From the NCBI GenBank assembly GCA_951406725.2, contig OX597816.1:88598001-88662000 (forward strand): DNA of 64,000 nucleotides, given 5' to 3'. Shown here piece after piece: positions 1-13,030 of the stretch. A model generated the notes under the pieces. That model saw only the letters and a program-made list of their open reading frames with translations, made no database searches and was not told where the DNA came from. Within the stretch, counting starts at the first letter, position 1; every line of letters starts with the position of its first letter. Made by a program: the position numbers and the translations under genes. This DNA is from Octopus vulgaris. Taxonomy: Eukaryota.

Positions 1-55
<55 letters not shown>

Positions 56-110
56 TTATGTATGTATGTATGTATGTATATATATGTATGTGTGCATGTA
101 TGTATGTATA
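1..110. repeat. Compound (TA)n/(TG)n/(TATG)n microsatellite
   Basis: Directly visible simple repeats. Confidence 0.95.
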
Positions 111-229
111 AATTCTTATATACCTGCCATAGATTCAACTCAATAGCTGCGGTCATGCTGTGGCACCGCCAATAGTTTTGCGACACTTTCATTACTTGAA
201 ACCTTCTCTGATATATGGCATTTGGTGAA

Positions 230-2445
230 TGACTGAGTTTGATTTTGCAGCCCTCATTTGCGTTTCCTGCCGAGTCTAAACTCGGTTTATGAACATCTCT
301 CATCCCAAACAAAGCGGTTTGCGAACAATATTTCGAACATAAAATGTCTCGAGTAACGAAAGACCATTCAGAGAAAGCACCGATAACACTAATTCACCCA
401 ACAAGCAAACAGGCAACAACAATTGGTGACAAGCTAGGAGTATCACCAGCAGAGCATCAGTTGCTGACTACTTTTCACTGAATGCACATCCCTGCTCGAG
501 TTCTTAAATTTGTCTGGTGATACGCTGCGGTAGAGTCGTGCGACTTCTTTGGGCATGTATTCTAGGTTATCAGACAGTGTTGCTCAAGGGGCTGCCTTCC
601 AAGTCCTATGATGTTATCAACCTCATGTATGCAAACTTGGTCACGGGATGTTCTTTGACACTTGGTGATTAAAAGATGTTGCCGAAGGGATATGATGCGA
701 TATTCAAAGACATTTGCGATCGACTCAAGCCACTTCCTCCTTGTGTTCATTTTAGGTAGAGGCGGTCTACATCACTGTCTATGTGGAAATTATGTGTGCT
801 TGTTAGTATTTTTCGGGTTTTCACATGGTTTGATCTCATCAAGCGTCCAATCAAGCAACCCAAATGTAGGTATGAGTACTGGTACTGCAAACACAATGTG
901 GGCCAATGTTTTATTGAATGCAGAGGGCTCTGAGGTCCAAATTTTTTTCGGCTGTAATATTCTTTAGTGACACGTGTTTTGTTATAGGTGCTACTGTAGA
1001 ATTTTAACTTCTTGTACAAATATCCAACGATCAAGTCTCTTCCAGGTGCTTTTCCATCTTGGAGTTTCTGGATCACAGTTGCGAGAGTTTCACCATCAAT
1101 GTTCTATGTTTTGGATGTAATGCAAGAGCAATAACTTTTCTGATTTCTTCCAGCCACAGAGCATCTTGGTTAAATTCCTTCTCTTCACTCCAGATTTTCC
1201 TCCAGAAGGAATCTATGTGTTCTCGTGAAGGAGCTTTCGTGATGTTTACTGCCCCTCCTCTCATGTCTCTGTATACTGCTGCCTGATTGCGATTAAATCT
1301 TTTGTTTATTTTTCGTCTCTCTGTAATTGTCTTCTGAAGTCAGAGTTTTTCACTGACAGCTTTTAGCTCCTGCTTGAGAGTAATCAGTTTGCAAGTGAGT
1401 GTCTTCTTTTTGCTGTGTCCAAACATCATTTCTATCTCCTTCTTTATTTTCTGTTTGTGGAACGTATAGTGATTTGCTTGTTTGAATGCAATAAGCATCC
1501 TTACATGACTGATGGCCTTCCGTAAACCAGTTATCTTTTTCTTTGCCTTCAAAACCCAAGATGGTACTTTATTTGTTATTTCGGGTTTGTTTACTTTTTG
1601 AATATTATTCATGTGTTGTTTTACAGTAGTAGCCAGAGCATATAGACAGGCGTTAATCTGCCAGTATGTGGGTTCATCACACTGTTGTAAATACTCATCA
1701 CCAATTTCATTAACAGCTTTTGATACCGTATCTGGTGTTTTTTGTTACTTACTTAGGTAGAGAATACCCTCTCCTCGGGAGAGTCCTTCAAAACCAAAGT
1801 TTTTTCTCCGAAAAATTTCAGTAAGGGCACAGTTCACTGGCATATAATCTTGACTACCACTACTTCTACAATAATCGCTGCGGTTGTGCCTGCTATTTAC
1901 TATAATCGTAGTAGGGGGACAGTGGTCAGTAACTCGAGCCAGTCAAGTAGGTTGGCTGGCAGGCACTATAGAATCTGTCGGGAAGTCGCTACCTGCAAAA
2001 CCACATTGTGGCCTTATATCATCCACGTTTTCGTTTTTGTTTCTTGAGTTCGGAAGAAGGTTAATTTTCGATTTTCTAATAAAGTTACAGTTACTAACCT
2101 TCTTTCTATGCTCTACAAATGTTGCCTGTTGGCATAGTTGCTTCGCAGTAAAGTGATTTAATTCTGGATGCATATCGTCCCAATTTGATTTCATGTAGCC
2201 AATAGCGGGGTTTTGTTTCGAATTTTCGTAGCAGTTAAATAGATCATTATTCAATTCATAACTCCAAGAGAAATGATTTTTTTGTAATTATGGTTTCTTC
2301 TATAACAACAGCTAGAAATAATTTGTTCACCTGTTGAGCTGTTGTTTTCGTTCTGTTCCTCGATTGTGTTGTTGTTGATGTTGTGTCCAGCCATATTGTT
2401 TGTAGTAACTCTCTGCATGCTATATTTAAGTTTCAATCGAAAATC
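230..2445 (-). mobile_element. R4/Dong-clade non-LTR retrotransposon fossil with the RT core deleted
   Basis: Minus-strand ORF pieces: GYMKSNWDDMHP..KQLCQQA (N-terminal region), KQELKAVSEKL, FWRKIWSEE, KAPGRDLIVGYLYKK (RT domain 0) running directly into KEYYSR..TRKILTSTHNFHIDSDVDRLYL followed by GGSGL (cf. R4/Dong H..SDVDRLYLPR..GGRGL), and VIGAF near 380 (cf. REL-end VVIGALG). Many frameshifts. Confidence 0.8.
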
Positions 2446-2449
2446 ACTC

Positions 2450-2692
2450 TGTATGTATGTATATATGTATGTATGTTTGTATGTATGCATGTATGTATGT
2501 ATGTATGTATGTATGCATGCATGTATGTTTTATATATGTGTATGTAGACACAGACACACATAAAATATATTTATGTATCTATGTACGGGTATGTACGTTT
2601 TTATGTGTGTCTGTATGTATGTAAGTACGTATGCATGTGTGTATGTATGTATGCATGCATGTTTGTACGTACGTATGCATGTATATATGTAT
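2450..2692. repeat. Degenerate (TATG)n microsatellite
   Basis: Directly visible. Confidence 0.9.
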
Positions 2693-3204
2693 ATTGAAGT
2701 TGTAATTAATACCTGACGAGAAGTAGCCGAACAAATACGTTCTTTTTTAAAAGACAATTTTCAAGCTTTCCTCAAAAGTGATTATGCTAAAACATTTCAT
2801 AGATATAAACATTGTTCATTATACCCATTTATATGTATAAGCGATTTCTGGTTAATTTAGTACGTAATATGAAACGGTGATTATGCCCTGTCTCGTCGTC
2901 CATACTTAAACATGGGGTAATTGTAATTGTTGAATTTCAGCACAGAGATGTTTTCCAATTCTTCGAAGCTTCATGACTGAAAGTCACACGCCCAAAAAAG
3001 CGCGCGCGCCCAAACACAGTTGCGCCATAGGACTGGTCACGGCTGGAATGCTTCACACCGTATCGTTATGATTGATGCTGTGCGATAATACCAATACAAA
3101 CACCAACACATTAAACACGGGAAACGTAACTGACATTTAATACCTGATACATATGTTCCTTAAGATTACTGCTGTTATTAATTAATCTTATAGCACCAAT
3201 AATG

Positions 3205-3355
3205 GGCACCAGATTTGGGGAGGGACTAAGTCGATTAAATCGAATCCAGTATTCAACTGCTACTTATTTATCAACCCCGACGGAATTTGAATGTAAAGAC
3301 GAGCGAAATGTCGCTAAGCATTTTGCCTGACGTGGTAATGATACTACTAGCTTAT
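3205..3355 (-). mobile_element. tRNA-derived SINE family A, degenerate and internally deleted copy
   Basis: Reverse complement of the family-A pattern (ttagcacg..aaatgcttagcg..atttcgtc; ggggtcgataaataa..cagttg..ctgg..tcgat..aatcgactta). Confidence 0.75.
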
Positions 3356-3370
3356 TGCCCTCTATAGAAC

Positions 3371-3372
<2 letters not shown>

Positions 3373-3431
<59 letters not shown>

Positions 3432-3477
3432 TGTAATAATAATAATAGTAATAATAATAATAATGATGATGATGATA

Positions 3478-3539
<62 letters not shown>

Positions 3540-3555
3540 GGTGGTAATTATAATA
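3373..3555. repeat. (TAA)n-(TGA)n-(TGG)n compound trinucleotide repeat
   Basis: Directly visible. Confidence 0.95.
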
Positions 3556-4410
3556 GAAAGAAAGAGCCTGCAAGTGGTAATGGAAGAACTGAAACAGTGC
3601 TTCGTTGCAAAGAAAGCAAAGATGGTAAGGGACGACCAAAGAATGAAGGGTTACTACCAGAATAGGTTATTCAGAGTAGTTCAAAAGAGATTCCAAACCG
3701 AAATAAACAGAATGTGTGCAGATGACAATTTGATGCCAGATAACATTGAAAGTTAAAGGTATTAGGGTGACTTCCGGAGCAAAGACAAGGAGCACAAGAA
3801 GGATGCTGAACGTTTGAAAGAACTAACACAAACAGTAGTCTATCCACAACATGTCGAATTAGTCACTTCAGTTAGGGAAGCGAAGGAAATTAGCAAAAAG
3901 ATGGACAACTAGAAGACTCCGGGTCGAGATGGAGTTCAAGTCTATGGATCAAAACCTTTGGTGAATGCCATGCACGAATACCTGCACAACTCAATACCTT
4001 GTTAAATACCGACCAAGTAACACCAGAATAGCTTACAATGGGTAGGGCAATCGAAAGAGGCAATACGGTAGGCAATTACAAGCCGATATTCTGATTGCCA
4101 CTTGTGTGGAAATTGTTGACTGGAATAGTCGCAGAGTCAATCTACTGACAGCTGGAAAAACATGGACTCCTACCACATGAGCAGAAGGGGCGGAAGCGAA
4201 AGTGCAGAGGTACCAAGTATCAACTCCTGGTAGACAAAACTGTCCTTTGAGACTGCAAGAGGAGGAAACTTAATTAGCCATGTTCTGGATCGATTATTAT
4301 AAGGCATATATGATCCTACATTCTTGGATTATAGAATGTATGAACCCACTTGGTATTGCATCGAATGAGCGATTGCCTGGAAAAATATGGCGAAGTGGAG
4401 GACTTAAAAG
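3556..4410 (+). mobile_element. R4/Dong-clade LINE fragment (pre-RT region and RT domains 0-3)
   Basis: VMEELKQCFVAKKAKMVR..YQNRLFR..QKRF; KTPGRDGVQV; NYKPIF*LPLVWKLLTG; LLPHEQKG..RGTKYQLLVDKTVL*DCKRR; WIDYYKAY..HSWIIECM. Stops and frameshifts present. Confidence 0.9.
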
Positions 4411-4433
4411 TAAATAATAATAACAACAACAAC

Positions 4434-4464
<31 letters not shown>

Positions 4465-4508
4465 GTAGTAATAATAATAATAATAATAATTATAATAATA
4501 ATAATAAT

Positions 4509-4569
<61 letters not shown>
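4411..4569. repeat. (TAA)n microsatellite
   Basis: Directly visible. Confidence 0.95.
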
Positions 4570-5394
4570 TTTTTCTCTCACAAGGGTTCTCAAGAAATAA
4601 TATCAACGTCAGTAACAACAACAGCAAATACGACTCATGAGGATTCATCCTTTCAGTCAAGTGCCTAGTCTTTGCGTGTGACTTCCAATGAGCTTCAGAT
4701 TTACCAACAAATCCTCAGTCCTCATAAGTCTCATCGGGATTAAAACACACTGGAGGAAAAATTTTCATGAAATAGAAATATTCGATCCCACTTTACATTT
4801 GCAACATACGAATGATCTCCTAACAAATCTTAAGCCATTTAATGTTCCTATGACTCTCAGTTTATCACCCCTCTGATTCATATGGCCAATGCATTTTTAT
4901 TATTGAGCCTAAACAAGAAAAGCTTCTATGCATGAGATGCCAGATTTATTGAAAACTTCAGTGTTACAGACACTGACCTTCCACGTATATCAACGGAAAT
5001 TTCACTAGCAACGTATGGAGAAGGCAGTTTCTTTCTACACAGACTTGCACATACAGACAGACATACATATATACATACGCATATACATGAAATGTAAGCA
5101 TATGTAGACATGTACGAGTATATTTATTCATATTTTGGTTTGAAAAAAATATCTTGTATATTTCATACTCTATGAATACATATGTTTTCACTTTGTTATG
5201 TTGATTTCGGAACATTCAACCTCAAAACAAGAGATCAAATGCTTGATTCAATTCCATCGATTTCTCTCCTACTTTTTTTTTCTCTCGATTTAGCCATCAT
5301 GTAAATATAATTCTGTATGTGATGTATTGAATTGGGAAATTTATTTTCGGAGAAATTTAAGGAAAAGACATTTCTCCTTTCTTTGTATTTACAT

Positions 5395-5458
5395 TATCGT
5401 TGTCGTCGTCTTCGTCGTCGTTGTCGTCGTCATCATCCTCATCATCATTTTGTTGGTG

Positions 5459-5550
<92 letters not shown>

Positions 5551-5577
5551 ATAATTATTATTATTATTATTATCATC
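5395..5577. repeat. (TCG)n/(TCA)n/(TTA)n compound repeat
   Basis: Directly visible. Confidence 0.95.
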
Positions 5578-5796
5578 GAATGTGATATTACGTTGCATCG
5601 AAGGTCGAAGAGAGAATTTTTAACAGTATCAGGCTGATATAAAAATTATAAAATTATAGATACAATAAAAAAACACTGATATTTGCTGTGTGTGTGAGAG
5701 AGAGAGAGACAGAGGGAAAGAGAGAGAGAGAAAAGAGAGAGAGAAAGAGAGAGAGGAGGAGAATGTGTGTGCACGTGTCATAGAATTGATGAACAG

Positions 5797-5984
<188 letters not shown>

Positions 5985-6380
5985 AAATAAAATTAATGTT
6001 AGGGGAAAAAATATAACATAAAATGAAACACAACAGCGAAAAAGAGAGAAGAAATAGAGATACAGAGAGATAGTAAAGCAAATGAAGTGATTTCAAGAAA
6101 GGATTATTAGAGACTAGAGTGGGTAACAAGTAGGAAGTTTATATATTAATTTTTACCGAAGTGGAATAGAGAAAATCATTGGTGCGAATTGATAAGTCAG
6201 AAAGTTTTCGTTATATTTACTGTTTGACATTCTAGTTGATGTGATGAAAATAATTTCTAAATGTCTGGAGAGAGAATTGTAGAACTAAGAGTATAAAACT
6301 TTTCGTACGCTGCTTATTGTAATCTCCCAACAGATAAAGACAACAATGCATGAGTATGTATGTGCGCAGGTATATATACA

Positions 6381-6420
<40 letters not shown>

Positions 6421-7083
6421 CATGTAAATTTATTTATGTATGCACGTATACGAGAGATACTTAAGGTTGGCTGCACTATTTTTCGTTGACTCTCTCTAAA
6501 TTGGTGTTATAGTAAACAAAGCATTAACACTTTACTAAATATAACAACAGATTCTTCTGTTGCTACTGCGACACTGGCATCGATTGACGTTCAATTAATA
6601 CAGTGTGGTCAAACATGGTCGCAGATCCAGTCATGCATGGTGATTTGTTTGTTGTTGATGATTGTACATGGAAGGAAGAATATTAGTACGATGTTTCTAT
6701 CTCTATTTATGTTACTCTTTGTTCTATGATTATCCGACTGTGTTGCATTCCCTTAACTTCCCTCTTTTTTTTTATCATTCTCTCTCAATCGCTCAAATGC
6801 AGATACTGACATCACCCTCACTCACTTTCTATCTAATTGCATCTCTCACTCACACTCTTTCGTCTCTAACAATATCTTTGTTAATTAAATAATTTCGATT
6901 TATAATACAAAACTAGATTCGATTTTTGCCCTATTTTGGTGCGTGGAGTTAATCAGAGTTATGACACAAAATTGCGTCTACATGTGCATAAATGCATACA
7001 TATTTTCACTGAGACCAACAGGGAGCGTGTATATACATATACACCCCAGAAACATATAATCACATACACATACACACACACAC

Positions 7084-7153
<70 letters not shown>

Positions 7154-8577
7154 ACGTATACATACATATATCTATATATCTGTATGTGTGTGTATGAAAC
7201 CGAAATACATTTATATTAGGTATATCTAAAGGCAATGTATGTCAATCTGTGCAGCGCAGGGCACACAACTATTCATAACTATAAAATACACTTATTTTTG
7301 TTGTTTTCTATTGCCTCATTTCATTTTCACAAATGTCGTAAGTGTAAAACGTTGAATACATTTCAGTTTCTCTTAGAAGGAAAATTATTGTTCCTTTTAA
7401 ATTCGTAGCCTTCGACTTCATATATCTTTGCCTTGATCGCACAAAATTCGTCAGTTGGACATGTCAATTTCCTCTGTATAATTTTATGGATTGTACTTTC
7501 TGTATTTGGAGTTCAGTAATAACTGAATTTCAGATAAATTCTTTTCAAATTATTCTGCCGCGATATTGGCTTATTAGCAAGTCATATGCATATTTCTAAA
7601 AATCTATTTTAGGATTTAAAAAACTTTATATAGTTTTTTATAATAATCGTGGACAAGTGTTTGAATTGTATCAGCGTAACGTGCCTGCTTTTAGCTCTGC
7701 ACTAGAAGACAGTTTACAAATCCATGTGCTATCATACCTGTGGAGGAGAGGTAGGATTTAACCTTGACATATTTTAGAAAATACAAGTCTATAATAAAAG
7801 TTATAATAGTTGTTACCTAGATTATGGAGACATCCAAGAAGTGTCTTATCTGTAAGTTAGTATTGATAGTTATTGTTCAGAGTCCTGATATATTTCTGCC
7901 TAAAGTATTCTAGCGCAGACCAATTAGCAGAATTGTTCAATGTTAGATTGTCGTCTCTATAAAACCTGACACAGGTGCTTATGGATAAACTTTTCCAAAT
8001 GTTCAGTATGGAATAATGTGATATAGATCTAGACCTCTGTATGACCATCTACCTATACTGACCGTACCTGTTAGGCCTGATATTTGACACAGACCGAACA
8101 TCTGTGGGAAAAAGAATCTCCCTATATCCTCTATAACATGATAAAATTTTGCAAAGTCTTGCACTCAACAAAGCAAAGTATGATAGAGACCGACATGTCG
8201 AAGTCAACAATACTGATTTGCAATATCGTAAAATTATTATAACATTTGATGATTATTTTGTTTCAGGCCCAGTCTTGGAGATGAGTTAGGAATTACTTTC
8301 CGAAATAAGTCGTTACCCCACCCCCGCTTAGAATAGTTTATGATCAAGCTGCGTTTTATTCCTGGAATATATTATAAGCTCCGTGCTTAGATATGCATTC
8401 CATTCTATCTCTTATTCTTACTTTATGGACTACTAAGCATGAATATTATTATGTGTATGTGTCTGCTGTTTGTATCTTCTGGAATCTATTTCGTATAGAT
8501 TCGTGAGATCTATTTCGTATAAATTCATTAGAAAGTACGAATGAATTAATATTTTTATTAATATATAGGGCGGATTA

Positions 8578-8770
8578 GGGCGGCAAGCTAGCAAAATCGT
8601 TAGCACGCCGAGAAAAATGCTTTGCACATTTCGTCCGTCTTCGCGTTCCTAATTCAAGTACGCTGAAGTCGACTTTGCTTTCATCCTTTGTGGGTTCGAT
8701 GTAATTTGCTTAAACCCCCCCCCTACACACACACACAAATGCTTACTTTGAGCCAAAATTTGAAATCAAT
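8578..8770 (+). mobile_element. SINE family A copy
   Basis: gggcggcaagctagcaaaatcgttagcacgccg..gtcgactttgctttcatcctt..gccaaaatttgaaatcaat. Confidence 0.85.
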
Positions 8771-8787
8771 ACTTTTAATATATTTTA

Positions 8788-8972
8788 AGGTAGTGTACAG
8801 GCAGACTAGTTGGCATGCTGGGAAATATGTTTAGCGACATTTCGTCCGTCTTTGCATTGTGAGCTCATATTTCAACAGCGTAGACTTTATCTGTTATCCT
8901 TTCTACCTGAATAAAATAAATAACAGTTGAACACAGTTGCGCTGGCCTTGTGCCAAAAGTTGAAAGCAATAT
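8788..8972 (+). mobile_element. SINE family A copy (older), tandem to the previous copy
   Basis: ggcagactagttggcatgctggg..tttagcgacatttcgtccgtc..ggccttgtgccaaaagttgaaagcaat. Confidence 0.7.
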
Positions 8973-9920
8973 CTTTAATATCGATTCGATTTTCTTTCCG
9001 ATTAATGCTCATATGCGTACGTAATTGAACATCTGTCACTAGATCTTTTGGATCGCCGTTCAGTTCTTCTGGATTTTTCATCTGACGATGGTGATATTTT
9101 ATTCTGGTTTTTACGCTTAAATATTTTCTAATTAATTTATTTTCATGCAACATTTACCTAAATGAATTATTTTTAAATGCTACCGATTTTAATTTCATTA
9201 TTTTACAGTTCTAAAATTAATAAATTTTTACTCAATATTAACTTTACTTTTGCTAGCACTTTATTAATTTTAGTTATTTGTAAATAATTCTCTTAGCTCA
9301 CTCATTATCAACATCATCACCTTCATCATCATCATTATCAAAATCTATTCGTACTTTGATTTCTTTCTCCTTGTCCTGCTTTTCTTGATTTTTCTCTTCA
9401 ATAATCTTTCCTTGGTTTTAATCTAAAAATGTATAAATATTTTTAATATTTGTGTTAAAGAAAATACTTATGACTATGAACACGGCAGCTTTCAGGACAC
9501 TCATTGTTAATGACTCACTGTTTCGCATTTTACCTCACAATTATTGAGAGTAATATATATATTAGAAGGGTTTTTCTTTCTCCTTGTTTGTCTCTCTGTC
9601 GTACTAAATCTACCAACCCCATTGTCCGTGTATGTATAGCAGTTACACGTTTCTTTAAAGATTTTGTCTTGTAGATTTCTAATATGACATATGCCAAACT
9701 GACGATACTTGTCGAAGAATGTTGTTGAAGTAACCATGTTATTGTGCAGTGTAAATCTTCAGAGCACAGCCATTACAACTAATCGTGTTTGAATACGTGA
9801 CATTTCCAGTGCTAAATAAGATGTTCACAGATAAGCGTGTTGTAATAGTTAAGAATTTTGCATTGCTATTAAAAGTCTTGAGCTCGATCATAGTTCACTT
9901 AAATTAAAGTAGTGCCAGTT

Positions 9921-10322
9921 GATGTTCTCGTCAGTGGTGGAGGTTCACGGGCGTCCTGCTTCCCCTTCGTGCGTCAGGCTTGACCAGCCACTCTTAAACT
10001 TCTCCATCCACTCATACGCACTTCTACGCAGTAGTGCAATCTCCTCGTATTGTCTTAAAATCCGCCGATGATTTTCAGCATGTGACACACCTTTCGACTA
10101 GAGAAATCATATCACTACTCTTTGTTCTTCTTTGGTGCACATAATGGAGCGGCCATGCTTACACTGTAAAGCCAGAAAGAGAAATGGCACGATCAGGCTC
10201 AGATATCGGTCACTTGACCATTATAGTACCAACTATAAGTACGCATAAGTAGAAAGGACTGTGACAATAATAAAGAAATATCATGGCGAAAGTGCAGATA
10301 AGTTTTGACTCACCATTGTGTA
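9921..10322 (-). mobile_element. Mariner transposon 5' fragment (TIR-like end plus transposase HTH region)
   Basis: Minus translation MAAPL/CTKEEQRVVI*FL*SKGVSHAENHRR..RSAYEWMEKFKSGWSSLTHEGEAGRP*TSTTDENI, the typical mariner N-terminus with GRP motif; TIR-like tacacaatggtgagtcaaaactt abuts a TA run at ~10320. Confidence 0.85.
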
Positions 10323-10649
10323 TATATATATATATATATCCCCGATTAGGTGATCTTGCACGCCATCTCCACCTTATCACTTGCCTATGCTGTAATGCTA
10401 ATATGGGATCGAACTAATGTTTGACATTCATACTCAGTCTCTGATTGTGTCATTTAGGTTGCCTCTCCGAACATAATGCAATACCAATGCACATTCGTCG
10501 CTAATTTTCACACCTCGACATCTGTTTTAAAGTCTAAAACCGGTTTAATACGACATTTCCTGCTTGATGGAGTAGACGCTGCGGCACACATCGGCCAAGG
10601 TTTCTTCTTCGTGCTTATTTGTAGGCAAATGGAAGACCCTTCTTTTTCC

Positions 10650-12780
10650 TAAATAAAAAGAAACAACGAAATAGAGGTATTTTATTTTGCTGCTTTCCCA
10701 TTTTCCCATGAGATCACTGGACACGGAGTCCCAATATATTTAATGAGTCTCTCGAACATTTTCCTCAGAAAGCAGGCATACCATTTGTTTTTGCCTCTTC
10801 ATCGTAACTCTAACAAAAGTACTACTTCTCGTATTGTTACAATATTTGGCAGTCACTTCTGCATTTTTATCGTTTGTCTATTTGCAAATATCTGTATCGA
10901 TAACTATATCTGCCTGTTTCATAGTAATTTGTGAGCATTTTCCAATTTATCATTATTTTAACGTTACGATTTGCCCTACGCCTTATAAGCACTTTTGTGG
11001 AGTGCATCCATTCAGGTTCCATTAGAGCTGGCAATCTAGGACTATAAGTAAAGAATGCTTTTCAGCAATAGAATAACTACTTTCCATAATTTTGTGGTTG
11101 ATAGCAAGATGATGTTCATTTTGGAGTGCATATCATTTTCTTTTATTATCACCATAATAAAAGTTTTACGGAGATAGGGCAACAGCCGTTGCCCTATCTC
11201 CGTAAAACTCTCTAATCTGAGCATATTTTCTTGTTTCCTTGTCTAAGTTCCTATGTTTCTGTCTGTTAGACATGACATATAAATCACAGTTCCTACATTG
11301 GTGCGTTTTAAGATTCTCTGTGGGGGTGCATTACCGTGTCATTGTGACACTTCTTAATATTTGGGAACGTTGTCGGTCATATAGCTAACACAGTTTTCGG
11401 TATGTTACTCATAACATTTTTTATGCGCTACTCATCAAAAAGCTTAGCATTATGTTACTGCATTTTGTACCTATTATTAGTGTAAGTATTGCTTCATTAA
11501 ATTTTTCACATATATCAATCTTTATAATCTTATTTTGGGGATGATATTTTGATAAACTGGTGGGGAGCCTTAATCTCTGTGTTGTTAAAATTTCTTCCCA
11601 TATTCTATTTCTTACTGGTCAACGACAGTTGAGTGCAGTCAGTAATAAAATTACATTTACTAATCAGTGCTGGATATTTATACCTTACTCGGTTATAAAT
11701 ACTTTTTCTTCCTGTATTTACTATTCGTTTTTTGATGATAAATCCTTGTATTTTGTGTTTATCTCCTCTGTTATACGGAACTTAATTCTTCATTACATCT
11801 AACAGTATTACTTCTACAAGATATCATTTGCAAGTCTTTCCTGCTTTTGGATATAATTCTATATCTGTTCATGACATTTCTTTTTTGCAGTTTTAATATT
11901 GTTTATAAAATCCTGTTTCTATTTCTCTTTTATGTTAAGCCAATAAACATCCGCTCCTATGTGGTGTTTTCTGCATATTTTGAGATATTTCTTTGCAGTT
12001 AAATCTAATTTGCTGTGGGAATATTATTTACCAGTACACATAAATTGTGTAAGAATTTATTGTCATTCTTTTACACTTTACCTTTAGTCCACTTCGTGAC
12101 AGTAACTTCAGATCTTGTTCATATTCCCGCTTAATTTATTGTTATAATTTTTCTTTTATTTGTTTTGATCTGCTTTTGCGATTTCTGTTCACTTCTTGTA
12201 TAGTTTGTATAATATGTTTCTTATTCTGTTAATCTCTCTTACAACTATCCATACTTCAGGTGTAATATCTTTTTTTTTTCCCCTTTTTCAACTTTCCTAT
12301 AATGCAGTTTTCGCAAATTTTATTCTACACCATATTTCATATTCAAGTATTTACCGAAAATCCGTATTTTTAGAATACTGATTCAATATCTTTACACGAT
12401 CGCGCTTCAGATCATCCATTTAAAATTTGGTGGTTCTATTCTGTCTCATTTTGTAATAAAAAAAGAACACTATCCCTTAATGTTATATCTTCTTTTGCAT
12501 GTGGCCGTAGTAGAGTCCTTGATTCAAGAGAATATTTGCCATACAGAAGAGAAGGAAAGATATGGAATGATACCGAAAGATACCTTTATTATATATTTTC
12601 TTTTTTTTGCAATGATCTTTTCTTCGCTCTTCATTGTTTCTGAATTATAACTCATACAATTGCTAACACAAGGTTTGATGTTGCCAATGTTCACATCTTT
12701 CCCCATATTATCGCAGAGTACGAGGCCGTGACAATTTTGTTGATAATATATTCTACTCTATGATATAATCCACCCTATAA
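10650..12780 (-). mobile_element. Highly degenerate L1/Tx1-like LINE ORF2 fossil
   Basis: Ordered minus-strand remnants: MGKDVN (cf. GGDFN, ~12700), YLSFSSVWQIFS*I (cf. YSF.S....YSRID), GSP..FY (~11560), ENCVSY (~11390), AEK-AF (~11060), KYIG (~10735). Confidence 0.55.
11162..11209. repeat. Perfect 22-bp inverted repeat with 4-nt loop
   Basis: agttttacggagatagggcaac-agcc-gttgccctatctccgtaaaact. Confidence 0.97.
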
Positions 12781-12826
12781 TATATTCCAAATCATCTATG
12801 CTATATCTATGCTATATCTAAATTTC

Positions 12827-13030
12827 TGAGCTGGCAGAAATGTTAGCATGCCGGGCGAAATGCTTGGTGGTATTTCATCTGTCTTTACGTTCTGAGTTCA
12901 AATTCCGCAGAAGTTGACTTTGCCTTGCATCTTTTCGAGGTCAATAAATTAAGTACCAGTTGCGTACTGGTGTCGATCTAATCGAATGGCTCCCTCCCCC
13001 AAAATTTGGCCTAGAGTAGAAAAGATTATT
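12827..13030 (+). mobile_element. SINE family A copy
   Basis: gagctggcagaaatgttagcatgccgggcgaaatgc..ttctgagttcaaattcc (B-box-like)..aagtaccagttgcgtactgg..agtagaaaagattatt. Confidence 0.9.

Noticed and set aside
6460-6660. Possible mariner 3' end remnant
   Set aside because: TIR-like start only; the translation is not convincing.
7650-8270. Possible REL-endonuclease LINE remnant (PVEE-G, RPDI, KAKY)
   Set aside because: Too few and too short motifs to support a call.
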